Source of the DNA: Vicugna vicugna
Lineage: Eukaryota
Reading direction: 5' to 3'
DNA length: 64,000 nt
Assembly (NCBI GenBank): GCA_013265495.1
Contig: MU057809.1
Span: 1-64,000, forward strand
Made by a program: the position numbers and the translations under genes. The notes beneath the pieces are model-generated. The model saw only the letters and a program-made list of their open reading frames with translations. It ran no database searches and was not told the origin of the DNA. Below, one piece after another: positions 62,333 through 64,000 of this stretch. Each line of letters begins with the position of its first letter. Position 1 is the first letter of the stretch.

Positions 62333-64000
62333 GTAGGTCAGCTCTGCCCCCACAGCCCCGCACCGTCCCCCGCGCCGCGCCAGGCCAAGGTGGCCCCTGA
62401 GCGCTAGGTGCCTGCTGTCCTGCAGTCACGGTCAGTCACGGCGGCGGGGGCACCACACGGAGAGACACGAATCAAAGTCATCCTCTGTGGTCGTTAAAAT
62501 CCCACTGAGTGAAGATGTTAACTGTTAAATGGTTTATGTATTAGCTGCTTTCAAGCCCAACAAAGGGTTGATTGAATTGATTGAAGGACCATTGAGGTTA
62601 GAACTTAGGAAACCTGTTCTGCAGGGGAGCTTCTGCGGCAGGAGAGGGGAGGCACAGCTCCGTCCAGCAGGCCCTGCCCTGCTTGTTAAATCAGCCCAGT
62701 GTCCCCGCAGAAGGGGACGTGGCCAGCGCGATGCTGTGAGCTGTCTGGGGCCCATCCCAAGAGGGGCAGATCTACCACAAGTCCCGCCTCGTTGTCACGT
62801 ATCCTGGAGTTTCCCAGGAAGTCTGAATGAAGAGAAGTCATCATTCAGACTTCTCTTCCCTGGATGTTCCTTGGGTCTCTGCCCTTGGGCGTCTAGCTGG
62901 CCCATCCTGCTGCGGGAAGTTTTATTTCCCGCCTTGAGCAGAAGCTTCCAGGGTTGGAAGGGACCTAGAGGTGCGGCGGCGAGCCTGCAGCCACCCCGCA
63001 AGCAGGCAGACTCCAAGCAGAGAGCCCGGGCCGGGCGGTTACCCTCAGAGCCCCAGCCTGGCTGTGTCTACCTGAGGACAGCTGACCCCTGGGCAGCAGC
63101 CTCCATGCCAGGACCAAGTCCCCGAAAGAAACTGCTCTTGAAGGCTTTTCATGGAAAGAAATCAGTATCAGGAGAGAAAAGTTCAGCTTATGATTATTTA
63201 GTGAAGACATTAGCTGTTTTACAGACAGGAAAGATTTTGAAAAATAACTCAGTTTCGATCTTTAGGAAACACCGCCTTGACTGTGGGGACGGGCGTGGCA
63301 CTGAGGTCCCCACGCAGCCTGAGGGTCCTGCCTGAGGGCAGACACCGGGCCTGACCAGGGTCACCAGGCTCCCACCCCAGACGTCTGGATGGAGGGCGGG
63401 GGGTGGGCCGTGGTGTGAGGGTGGGCCGGTGCTGGAGGTCACCCCCGGGTGGAGTGCACATCCCTGGAGAAGCAGGGCTGCTCCCTCAGCAGGGTGCCCA
63501 GACGTGTGCACCCAGGGCAGCCCCCGACCGCCGACGGCTTCTCCCCCAGAGGCTGCACTGCGGGGTGCTCGCCAGCCCCTCCCGGTCTGTTTCCCACAGT
63601 TGCCTGAGAACCAGGGGTGTCAGCCCCTCTGAGTGAGGGGTCCTGTTGGAAAATTGCGGGATTTTAACACGCTGGTGTCACCACTGAGCGCAGCCCGGAT
63701 GCAGGTGGTTTTGGAGGAGCCTGTGGCCCTGACGTGCCCACGCATCCCGAGGCCCAGCCGTGGACAGGGTGCCTCCTTCCAGTGCAGTGGGATTCGCTCT
63801 CTGGACGCCCAGGGCCTTCACTGGTCCTGGCATCTCAGTGCTGCAGGGACAGGTTCCAACTGGAGTTAGCAGCCCCCACCTGTCCCTCCCATGGCCAGCG
63901 CTGGGCCTTCTGGCCTCGTGGCCACGTCTTGAGGACTGCCTCCGCTGGGCCGTGGGCTGAGCCGCCCAGAGGGCCCCCTCGTGAATCAGTGCAGGAAGCA

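Noticed and set aside
62333..64000. DNAAF5 exon 10 and the 268-aa ORF 62529..63335
   Set aside because: No match to the expected QFPSYL...LQWHAGR peptide; the ORF has no recognisable homology or exon structure.

Overview
Mammalian genomic DNA, GC-rich and probably camelid (camelid-type SINE and L1 3' ends), covering the head-to-head PRKAR1B / DNAAF5 (HEATR2) locus. Minus strand: PRKAR1B coding exons 2-4 (ATG at 35144) plus a probable non-coding first exon in a CpG island. Plus strand: DNAAF5 exons 1 (partly in an N gap) to 9, with a continuous reading frame. The main unexpected signal is a chain of about 15 AT-richer, splice-site-bounded, largely phase-compatible exon remnants on the minus strand from ~34182 down to ~6458. 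Joined, they read as an F-box followed by what look like three OB folds with a zinc-ribbon motif (reminiscent, from memory, of the CDC24_OB1/2/3 family), with several stops and frameshifts. This looks like a decayed gene on the SAME strand as PRKAR1B, interleaved with it: PRKAR1B exons 3 and 4 lie in its introns. The window also holds a 31-bp minisatellite with higher-order structure, a four-layer nested transposon stack, a templated inverted insertion, long simple repeats and many old L1/MLT fragments. Family assignments come from recall, not searches, and need HMM/TBLASTN confirmation.
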